A DNA stretch of 64,000 nt from Candidatus Cloacimonadales bacterium (lineage in GTDB: Bacteria > Cloacimonadota > Cloacimonadia > Cloacimonadales > JAIOQZ01): contig CALODV010000005.1 in the NCBI GenBank assembly GCA_942492065.1, forward strand, positions 36,621 to 100,620, read 5' to 3'. Each line of letters opens with the position of its first letter. The first letter of the stretch is position 1. The notes beneath the pieces were generated by a model. The model made no database searches and was not told where the DNA came from. It worked only from the letters and a program-made list of their open reading frames with translations. The translations under genes and the position numbers were made by a program. Positions 18,725 through 26,893 of the stretch are shown piece after piece.

Positions 18725-19615
18725 ATGAATATTTATTTTGATTTCGGATCAAATTCCCTTAAAACAGTAGTTTATGAATTTAACTCAGAGATTATTACCA
18801 TTCTGGAGGAATTATACTTCCCTAACAGACTCAGTAGCTTTGAAGATGAACAGAAGTACATCAGTAACGATCGTGTAGACCTGACAATAGGCTATATTCA
18901 TAAAATATTAAACAAATACAACTCAGATACAGTTACTGCAACAGGGACAGAAGTCTTCCGTGCGGCAGAAAACTCCAGGCAGGTTGTTAAGAGAATCCAA
19001 AAGGAAACAGGAATAGCCATAGAAGTCCTGAGTTCCGAATCCGAAGCAGATGTAATATATGAGGTAAACAGTCGCATCAGGAAAACAGATGACTTCCTGC
19101 TGGTTGATTCGGGGGGAATGTCTACAGAGCTGGTGGCAAAAGATTGCTTTCAGTCAGTTAATCTTGGAGCTGTAAACCTTACGAGCCGGTTTGGTCTGGA
19201 TAAGCAAGTTGGCAGATCTGTCCAGAATAACGCAATCCTGCATGTTCTGGAGAAAATAGACATTGGCAAATTGTTTGGTAGATACAGCTCATTGATTCTC
19301 ACCGGAGGTTCAGCAGGGATAATGAATAGTGTAACCGGAAGCCCGGATTTATCACTGTTACAGCTGAACGATTTTCTGAAATCATACAGTATATTAAGTC
19401 CTGAGCAAAGGAAGCAGTACAAAGGTATCCCGGAAGACAGAGCAGATATTATCCTTGGAGGAGCTTTGATTATCAAGGCGATAATGAAAGTTACCGGTAT
19501 TATGGATTCTGATATAAGTAATCTGGGGCTTCGTCATGGAATGCTGCACAGAATACACCCGGATGCTGTTAAAATTGTTGAAAACAATACAGGGAAATCT
19601 TACGATTTCAGATGA
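18725..19615 (+). CDS. ppx: Ppx/GppA family exopolyphosphatase (single ASKHA domain)
   Basis: DFGSNSLK, TATGTEVFR, DSGGMSTE, RADIILGG and GLRHG motifs. Confidence 0.85.
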   Translation: MNIYFDFGSNSLKTVVYEFNSEIITILEELYFPNRLSSFEDEQKYISNDRVDLTIGYIHKILNKYNSDTVTATGTEVFRAAENSRQVVKRIQKETGIAIEVLSSESEADVIYEVNSRIRKTDDFLLVDSGGMSTELVAKDCFQSVNLGAVNLTSRFGLDKQVGRSVQNNAILHVLEKIDIGKLFGRYSSLILTGGSAGIMNSVTGSPDLSLLQLNDFLKSYSILSPEQRKQYKGIPEDRADIILGGALIIKAIMKVTGIMDSDISNLGLRHGMLHRIHPDAVKIVENNTGKSYDFR

Positions 19616-20082
19616 TCTTCCGCATCCTCATCATCTTCAAAAAATTCTTCTCCGTAGAGTTCTTTTATGCAGTCTTCGCAAAGCCCATGGGTTATGAGAG
19701 CATCCGTATGTTTCATAATGTATGTTTCCAACGACTGCCAATAGCCCTCACTGTTTTTAATCTTTCTGCATTTGGAACAGACAGGTAACAATCCTGAAAG
19801 AGTCTTAATCTCATTATGAGCTTCCAGAAGTTCTTTATGGTTTTTCTCAAGCTTCCTCAGGGCTTTTTTGTTTTCCTGAAGTCGTCTCACAGAAAAAACA
19901 AGAAGAAATATACTGAGAGAAATCAGCACAGGTATAACTTCGTCCAACTCCCAGCTTTCATGATTCAGGATAAACTCATGTATCCTCTCAAATAAATCAA
20001 TCTGTGATGATATGACAAATACCACAACACTTAGAATTATAATTATCAGAACTTCTATTCTGGTTTTTGTTAAAAATTTCAT
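19600..20082 (-). CDS. Two-TM membrane protein with coiled coil and C-terminal CxxC...HGxCxxC domain
   Basis: Two hydrophobic helices flank HESWELDE; C-terminal LPVCSKCRKIK..YW..LETYI..H..THGLCEDC. Confidence 0.7.
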   Translation of the reverse strand: MKFLTKTRIEVLIIIILSVVVFVISSQIDLFERIHEFILNHESWELDEVIPVLISLSIFLLVFSVRRLQENKKALRKLEKNHKELLEAHNEIKTLSGLLPVCSKCRKIKNSEGYWQSLETYIMKHTDALITHGLCEDCIKELYGEEFFEDDEDAEDHLKS

Positions 20083-20217
20083 TGATCCAACCTCAGTAAT
20101 ATAATATATATTTTTATCTTTTTTTCAAATTATTATATGCAAAATCTTGACATTCAAACAGCCTGCTGACAAATAATGTAAAGCAAAAAATGAACCATAC
20201 TTTACAAAGGAGTCATA

Positions 20218-20451
20218 ATGAAAATCAAAATTTTAGGTGCTGCCTGTAAAAAATGCAAATCACTGGAAGCTAATGCCAGAAAAGCCGTTGAAGAGCTGGG
20301 CATTGAAGCAGAAATAGAAAAAGTAACTGATATGCAGGCAATTATAGGTTATGGTGTTATGTCTATCCCTGCTCTGGTGATCAATGATGATGTAAAATCT
20401 GTCGGGAAAGTACTCAACGTTAAGCAGATAAAAGAGATGCTCAATGTATAG
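20218..20451 (+). CDS. Small redox-active disulfide protein (thioredoxin-like, MTH895 type)
   Basis: IKILG..CKKC; GVMSIPALVIND. Confidence 0.9.
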   Translation: MKIKILGAACKKCKSLEANARKAVEELGIEAEIEKVTDMQAIIGYGVMSIPALVINDDVKSVGKVLNVKQIKEMLNV

Positions 20452-20833
20452 ACTCAGATTAATCGTATTGCTTGTTCTAACCGCTGTGATCTCAGGATTG
20501 TTCTGCGAGACTGAAAAGATTAAGCCGAAACTGACTTTCCTTGAGTTCGGGTCTACTACCTGTGTTCCCTGTAAAAAAATGGAACCGATTCTGGATGAAG
20601 TGAAAGAAAAATACTCTGATCAAGTCAGTGTTGTATTCCATAATGTAAAGCTGAAAGAAACTCGTGAAATTGCCGGAAAATACAAAATCAGGCTAATACC
20701 TACTCAAGTATTTCTGGATCAGGACGGAAAAGAAGTCTATCGCCATGAAGGTTTTTTACCTCTCGACAAAGTGCTGGAAGTGCTGAAAGAAAACGGTATT
20801 GACTTAGAAGATCAGCAGGCAGAGTCAAAATAG
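20444..20833 (+). CDS. Exported thioredoxin family protein
   Basis: Signal peptide, CVPC active site, cis-Pro IPTQ. Confidence 0.88.
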   Translation: MYRLRLIVLLVLTAVISGLFCETEKIKPKLTFLEFGSTTCVPCKKMEPILDEVKEKYSDQVSVVFHNVKLKETREIAGKYKIRLIPTQVFLDQDGKEVYRHEGFLPLDKVLEVLKENGIDLEDQQAESK

Positions 20834-20834
20834 C

Positions 20835-21518
20835 ATGTGGGATTTTCTTAACAATATCATCTATTCAGAGAAATCCATTATCCTTATATTTGCCTCATTC
20901 CTCTGGGGTGTGGCATCCATTGTTCTGTCTCCGTGCCATCTCACAAGCATCCCTCTTGCTGTAACACTCCTGTCTAAAGAGAACACAAAGACCAGACCTG
21001 TTATACTGACAACTGTGTTTGCACTTGCTGTACTCATCTCCATAATTGTGCTGGGAATTGTTACCGGACTGCTGGGCATGATGCTGGGCAATCTGGGAAT
21101 ATGGGGAGACATACTGCTGATAGCCTGTCTGTTATACTTTGGACTTGCCTGTTACGATGTGCTGCCCATGATCGGCGGATCAGGAATCAAGGGAGTGAAG
21201 AAAGGTATTGCCGGGGCGTTTATAACCGGATTCATCTTCGGATTTGCTTTGGGACCTTGCACATTTGCCTTTATTGCCCCTGTATTGGGGATAATCATCA
21301 GCTCTTTTGCTCAGAGACCTGCTTTTTCTATTGCAGTAATCTTGTCGTTTTCTCTCGGGCACAGTATATTGATTATTCTGATGGGTTATTTCTGGGATAA
21401 GTTCAGTTTTTCCGAGAAGCATGGTAAAATCGGCTCAGTACTGAAAAAAGTATCCGGAGCAGTACTGATAGCCTATGCTTTGTACAAACTCCTGATATTG
21501 ACAGGGCTAATATCTTAG
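20835..21518 (+). CDS. ccdA: CcdA/DsbD-type thiol-disulfide transporter
   Basis: Six TM segments with SPCH and GPCT Cys motifs. Confidence 0.85.
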   Translation: MWDFLNNIIYSEKSIILIFASFLWGVASIVLSPCHLTSIPLAVTLLSKENTKTRPVILTTVFALAVLISIIVLGIVTGLLGMMLGNLGIWGDILLIACLLYFGLACYDVLPMIGGSGIKGVKKGIAGAFITGFIFGFALGPCTFAFIAPVLGIIISSFAQRPAFSIAVILSFSLGHSILIILMGYFWDKFSFSEKHGKIGSVLKKVSGAVLIAYALYKLLILTGLIS

Positions 21519-22576
21519 TTCTTTCCCAGATTAAAATAAAGCGGTATCTTCAGAGTCTTATAATCAACATCCTCCCCGGGATACTTATCGTAAGCAGTAA
21601 AGAGTATTCTCGGGAACACCTTCTTCAGATCAGGATACTGGCGATCCAGGAGAAGCATCAGTTTTCTGGCTTCATCAGCTGTAACGTCCTGACTCAATTC
21701 TTTGTTTGAAACATACTTTATTTCAGGGACAACATCATTTTCCAGTTCCTGCACATCGAACTCTACGAAAACAAGCCTGCTGCCGTCTACAATCCATGAC
21801 ATAGCTGCTCTTTCCGGATGCATTTCTAACAGTTTTGTGTACTCAGCCATTTGGTGAATCGTGTGATTATCCTGTGTTGTGTTGGCATAAGACACAAGCT
21901 TGAAAGCGAACAGTCTGGCAAAAGCAGCAGGCAGGTAACTGCCTTCTTCAGCCCACTTGCCGGCATAAGCACTGTAGAATCTGAAGTCCCGCCCATAGAC
22001 AGAAGAGGGATTAAGCCCCAGATGGTACAATTTATATTTTCCATTCTCAATACCCAATACTGCTACAAAATAGTAGGAAACGGGGTAGCGCGGATTCTCA
22101 AATATCAGTGTTGCCTGAGATTTAATGCTTTTGATTACCTGCACCTTCAGGTGGTTGGGATCGCTTTCATCATTCGATCCACCATATATAAACTGGTCAA
22201 TTATCGGCGGACTGTCAAATACAGCCTGCTTGCCTTTAACAAAGTTCAGGCTGTCATAATCAGTTAATGATGATTCGATAATCGGGAAGAAGTTGTAGTA
22301 CTGCTGCTTGTTTACATTACTTTTGAATCTGGCATGAGCAGCGTTGTACGATTCCTCAATCCTACCCTTGTTTACCAGGTTTACAAAGTTTTTTACCGCT
22401 GAAAGCAGAGAATCCTGTGTCACAGAGGTTAGCTGATCCCAATCGTACACCCGTCCGTAAACATTATTGCCGGTCAGATCATCAGTCAGAACCGTTTCCA
22501 GACCTTCCGATTCCAGGCCGGAAAGCATTGCAGTAAAAACGATATATATCAGAATCATTATGGTTTTCTTCATCAT
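21515..22576 (-). CDS. Hypothetical secreted protein
   Basis: 353-aa ORF with signal peptide and AAGGA RBS; no family recognised. Confidence 0.7.
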   Translation of the reverse strand: MMKKTIMILIYIVFTAMLSGLESEGLETVLTDDLTGNNVYGRVYDWDQLTSVTQDSLLSAVKNFVNLVNKGRIEESYNAAHARFKSNVNKQQYYNFFPIIESSLTDYDSLNFVKGKQAVFDSPPIIDQFIYGGSNDESDPNHLKVQVIKSIKSQATLIFENPRYPVSYYFVAVLGIENGKYKLYHLGLNPSSVYGRDFRFYSAYAGKWAEEGSYLPAAFARLFAFKLVSYANTTQDNHTIHQMAEYTKLLEMHPERAAMSWIVDGSRLVFVEFDVQELENDVVPEIKYVSNKELSQDVTADEARKLMLLLDRQYPDLKKVFPRILFTAYDKYPGEDVDYKTLKIPLYFNLGKN

Positions 22577-22698
22577 GGTGATTTCCTTATGTTAGATATG
22601 AGGAATTTGTATGGTAATTGTGCGAATGTGTCAAATTATTAATGATTTGCTTGTGTAGGATTGGGTGGGCTTATACAAATAGAATAAATTAGAATTAT

Positions 22699-22768
22699 CC
22701 CTTCGACTCCGCTCACAGACTGTTTTCAAATCCATCAAAATCAGTAAGTTAAGCTTAGTGAGTCCCGA
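22699..22768. repeat. REP-like element family B, second copy
   Basis: cccttcgactccgctca at 22699-22715 and aagttaagct at 22746-22755, as at 9147-9201. Confidence 0.65.
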
Positions 22769-22800
22769 AGAACCGGGAAAATCTGCAACATTAATTCAGA

Positions 22801-22844
22801 CAAGTCCATTGCGAAGGGGACAGAGGAAATGCCCTTGCTGATGG
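22801..22844. repeat. Degenerate family A REP-like hairpin
   Basis: caagtccattgcgaaggg...cccttgctgatgg; compare caagtccaccattgcgaagg at 34863-34882. Confidence 0.5.
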
Positions 22845-23029
22845 AACCAGTAGCTTTGTAATGGTGGAGTTAGTCAGATAAGGGATGTGTTGGAGTAACA
22901 TGAGATACAACAACAAAATAGTAGCACATATATAAATAATTATGTTGACAAATGTTTTAATTAGCTGAGAATTAGATAATACTCAAGTGAGAGAGTCCCT
23001 CCATCAAAATAACAGTTAAAGGAGATTTT

Positions 23030-26000
23030 ATGCCTAAGCTAAGTGTACTTCATTTGTCTGATATCCATATTGGTAATAACATTTACGAAACAGCAGAAAA
23101 TATTGCAATTCCAGTTATTGAAGCTCTTGAAAACCATGATAAGGAAATAAATTGTGTTGTAATTACAGGAGATATTTTTGATGGAAAATCCGAAAATCCT
23201 GATAAAGGCAAAAGGATAGCTCTCGGACTACTGAATTACTTGAAGAATGAGTTATGTCTTAAGGTATCAGACTTTGTTATTATTCCCGGTAATCATGATT
23301 TAATAAGAGAAGACACCAAAGCAAACTTTGAAAACTATATTGACTTACTGAAAAGCTTTTATGGTAACGACCATTATGATGAGTTAATAAATAGTGAATT
23401 TCTTTTTACAACAAGAGTTTATAAGGATAAAAAAGTTGCAATCGTTGGTCTGAATTCCTGTATGATTGAGCCCAGCAAGCTAGAGAAGAAAGATATTAAG
23501 TGGATGAATAAGCTACCAAACTTAGATAATTCAATGCAAAACAAAATACTTGAAGCACTAGAAGATGAAAAAAGAAATGAATGGGATGATTATGGATGTA
23601 TAGAAAAAAAACAATTGAGAGCATCATTCAAGTCGTTAGAAAGTCAGATTGATGATCTCTTTGATTACACAATTGTTGCCTGTTTTCATCATCATTTCTA
23701 CCCTTTCCCTGAAATCTATAATAAGTATGGTGATAGTAGCATAATTAGAAACTTCACTGATGTAATTGAGAAGTTCCAGCAGAAAAATGTAAAAATAGTG
23801 CTACACGGACATAAGCATATACCAATAATCAGACCTGTTACAAATTATAGATATTTATCTGATCCTGAATCTATTTTTTATGTGTTCTCTGCTGGTAGTC
23901 TGGGCAAAAAGGGAATTGTTAACCGTTCATTTCAACAAATTGATGTACATAGCCCAGACCAGAACCGTAAAGCTGATGTTTGTAGATTTAATTACAAATT
24001 AGAGCAATTACAATCACCTGAAGAATTTAGAATCCCACCTCAAAAGCAGTATGAACAAAATGCTTATGTAGAGTTGCTTAATATATTAAAAGAGGAGTAT
24101 TTTGATGAATACAAAAAATACAATACTGAAGTATATGAGAGTGATAACATTTCTCACCAATTTAATATTGATGATATTATTAAGAATATCAGTATAACAA
24201 TAACACAGTTTGATACAATCAAGAAAGATTTAGAATCTTCTGTTGAAAAAATCAAGATATTACTTTTTTCAATTCACTATAGAATTAATTATCTAAGTTA
24301 CAAGGTTAACAAAAATAACTCCCGTGGGAAAATCTTAGCGACATTAAAGGAAAAGTATTCTTTACTATTTAAAGATAAGTTATACGAGAATTTAGTGATT
24401 AAACTTTTGGAATCTGACAGAAATAAACATTTTGAAAAAGTATATGATGACCTAATGACAAAACATCATAAATTCAGGAACTATACTGCATATATTACGT
24501 TAGCTATTTTTTTCACTGACTTATATTTAACATTTAGTAGGTATGGAGAATTGTATTATACTAATGAGAGAATAAAGCATAATGTTAATATAAAGCTAGA
24601 AGATGATACATTTCACGAGAATATCCCAGTTTCAACAATCAAGATCACAAGTGATGTTGATAGAAGATTAGCGACCATCCATTTCAAATGTAAAAACCCA
24701 ACAGTTCATAAGATTGCAGTATTAATTGTTAAGGATTTTGAGAAGAGAATTAATAAAATTGAAGAAAGCTTTAAACAGCTAGGATTAAAAATTTATTATC
24801 TTATTCCAAAGATTATCAAAGATAATTATGATCTAGATAATTTCAATTTCAAAGCATATATTCCAACGCTATTACCTTTATTAACAGGTGATAATCTTTA
24901 TAAGGAAAAAGAAGTTTTTATCAGAGAACTCATTCAAAATTCTTTAGATGCAATCCTATTACGTGAAGACATTTTGCGCAAAAAAGGCCTTGCATTGAGT
25001 GAATCACAAAAAGAAATTAGAATTATCATTGGCAAAAGCAAGAATCCACAAACCGGAAAAGAAAGGAAGTATCTAAAGATAGTTGATAATGGAATTGGAA
25101 TGGACGCCTTTCGAATCGAAAGATATTTTACAAGTATTGGAAGGAGTTTTTATGTTTCAGATGAATTTGATGAGCTTCAAAAGAACGAAGAGATTGATTA
25201 CAAACCTATCAGCAATTTTGGTATTGGCTTTTTGTCTGCCTTCATGATCTGTAAAGAAATTGAAGTTATTACAAAAAGTTATGAGGAAGGAGTCCCGGGT
25301 TTAGTAATACACATTCCGAATTATGATGGATGTTTCTTCATTAAGAAAGATGAAAACAGCAAACTTGAACCTGGTACAACAATAACACTGTATGAGGATG
25401 AACGAAAATTTCTTAAACCAGACAAGATTATTGATTACATAAAAAATACATTCATTGATTTTCAATTAACAATTAAAATTGAGAATAAAATTGATAACAC
25501 AGAAGAAACCATTGAAGCTTTTAGTATAAGAAGGAACAAGTTTCCTATTCTTTTTTGTCCTATTGAAAATCATAAGATAAAGGAAATTTCTTGGTCAGAG
25601 GAAATAAAAGATTATTCGTTTAAAGATAAATACAATTATGGTATTATGCTTGAATTTGATAAAGATGTGATAATGCTACAGCTATCTAGAGGTAGGACAA
25701 TACGCAATAGTTACTTAAACTCTGGTATTCTACTCTCAGACTCATATATTAAACAGTTAAATTTTTCAGAAACTGAATATTCAAGATTGTATTACAATTT
25801 CCCCTCGTCATATTTGAACTTAGATGTGGCTCGTGAAAAAATTCTATCAGTTAATAGCAATGCGATATCAAAGAAAAAAATATTTAAAGCCCTTGCAAAA
25901 CAGAGTATTGAATTACTGGTGGACATTAATACCAGTTGCAAAACCTACCCAATTGCTTTGCTTAACAATATTGCCCGTTTTTTTATAAGAAATCGAGTTA

Positions 26001-26821
26001 AATCTCAGCAAATAGAAAGCTTGAAAGAAAATCTGTATTATTTAAAATTTCATAATAATAGTGAAGATTATACAATTTCATTAGAAAAAGGAGTTAAAAA
26101 TTCTTTTATTGAGCTAGATTTTTCTGCAATGGTAAATATCTATTTGAGTATATCTCAAAAAATAATTGCTTTACATCCAAAGCAATCAGAAACTAAGAAA
26201 ATACAATTAGAAAAAAGTTTCTCTAAACTCAAAGACGAAGTTAAATCCAATTTTAATAACAGTTCTAAGAACATGTTGGGAAAGGATTTTAGTGATATAT
26301 TTGAAGACGAAGTTAAATCCAAATTTAATAACAGTTTTAAGAACATGTTGGGAAAGGATTTTGATGATATAGTTGAAGATGTAAGACATATATTTGACAG
26401 AGAAATTATACATAATTCTTCTAATAAAGTTTTTGACAAGTTTGGGCAGACATATAAAAATAAATTAGAAAATTTAAGTCATATCCTTAACAGTGAAATC
26501 CGTCATGTATTTGATAAACAGTTCAGTCACACGTTTGATGGAGAATTTATGGAGATGCTTCATATAGATTATATACACATGTTAAAAAATTTATATCAAA
26601 GATCTGATCACTTTTTATTTAGAGTATCAGATGATAATTACAATATGCTTGTATATCTAATACTTTCGAGTTTAATAAATTCATCTAAACATGGGGTAGG
26701 AAGACATTATGTAATAGAACAAATCTTTGGATTGTTTCTTGTCTGGTATGAATTATTGATTAGAAAACTGACAGTAGAGGAAGCTATGGATTTCAAAGTT
26801 GTATTAAAACATCTTGAATAA
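23030..26821 (+). CDS. Calcineurin-like metallophosphoesterase fused to Hsp90-like GHKL ATPase; conflict/defence candidate
   Basis: Phosphoesterase motifs LSDIH, TGDIFD, PGNHD, HHH and HGHKH. GHKL motifs FIRELIQNSLDA, DNGIGMD, NFGIGFLS and GTTITL. Very AT-rich; AAGGAG RBS; TTGACA at 22945. Confidence 0.85.
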   Translation: MPKLSVLHLSDIHIGNNIYETAENIAIPVIEALENHDKEINCVVITGDIFDGKSENPDKGKRIALGLLNYLKNELCLKVSDFVIIPGNHDLIREDTKANFENYIDLLKSFYGNDHYDELINSEFLFTTRVYKDKKVAIVGLNSCMIEPSKLEKKDIKWMNKLPNLDNSMQNKILEALEDEKRNEWDDYGCIEKKQLRASFKSLESQIDDLFDYTIVACFHHHFYPFPEIYNKYGDSSIIRNFTDVIEKFQQKNVKIVLHGHKHIPIIRPVTNYRYLSDPESIFYVFSAGSLGKKGIVNRSFQQIDVHSPDQNRKADVCRFNYKLEQLQSPEEFRIPPQKQYEQNAYVELLNILKEEYFDEYKKYNTEVYESDNISHQFNIDDIIKNISITITQFDTIKKDLESSVEKIKILLFSIHYRINYLSYKVNKNNSRGKILATLKEKYSLLFKDKLYENLVIKLLESDRNKHFEKVYDDLMTKHHKFRNYTAYITLAIFFTDLYLTFSRYGELYYTNERIKHNVNIKLEDDTFHENIPVSTIKITSDVDRRLATIHFKCKNPTVHKIAVLIVKDFEKRINKIEESFKQLGLKIYYLIPKIIKDNYDLDNFNFKAYIPTLLPLLTGDNLYKEKEVFIRELIQNSLDAILLREDILRKKGLALSESQKEIRIIIGKSKNPQTGKERKYLKIVDNGIGMDAFRIERYFTSIGRSFYVSDEFDELQKNEEIDYKPISNFGIGFLSAFMICKEIEVITKSYEEGVPGLVIHIPNYDGCFFIKKDENSKLEPGTTITLYEDERKFLKPDKIIDYIKNTFIDFQLTIKIENKIDNTEETIEAFSIRRNKFPILFCPIENHKIKEISWSEEIKDYSFKDKYNYGIMLEFDKDVIMLQLSRGRTIRNSYLNSGILLSDSYIKQLNFSETEYSRLYYNFPSSYLNLDVAREKILSVNSNAISKKKIFKALAKQSIELLVDINTSCKTYPIALLNNIARFFIRNRVKSQQIESLKENLYYLKFHNNSEDYTISLEKGVKNSFIELDFSAMVNIYLSISQKIIALHPKQSETKKIQLEKSFSKLKDEVKSNFNNSSKNMLGKDFSDIFEDEVKSKFNNSFKNMLGKDFDDIVEDVRHIFDREIIHNSSNKVFDKFGQTYKNKLENLSHILNSEIRHVFDKQFSHTFDGEFMEMLHIDYIHMLKNLYQRSDHFLFRVSDDNYNMLVYLILSSLINSSKHGVGRHYVIEQIFGLFLVWYELLIRKLTVEEAMDFKVVLKHLE
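26232..26375 (+). repeat. In-frame 72-nt tandem duplication (2 x 24 aa) in the C-terminus of the GHKL protein
   Basis: Copies 26232-26303 and 26304-26375 encode DEVKSNFNNSSKNMLGKDFSDIFE and DEVKSKFNNSFKNMLGKDFDDIVE. Confidence 0.9.
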
Positions 26822-26833
26822 ATGTTACTCTTC

Positions 26834-26867
26834 AAAAAAAACAGGCCGTCGAATCATCGACAGCCTG
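26834..26867 (-). terminator. Intrinsic terminator of the stn-like operon
   Basis: caggccgtcga-atca-tcgacagcctg hairpin followed by 8 U on the minus strand. Confidence 0.75.
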
Positions 26868-26893
26868 CTTCATATATCTTTTAGTTTAGTATT

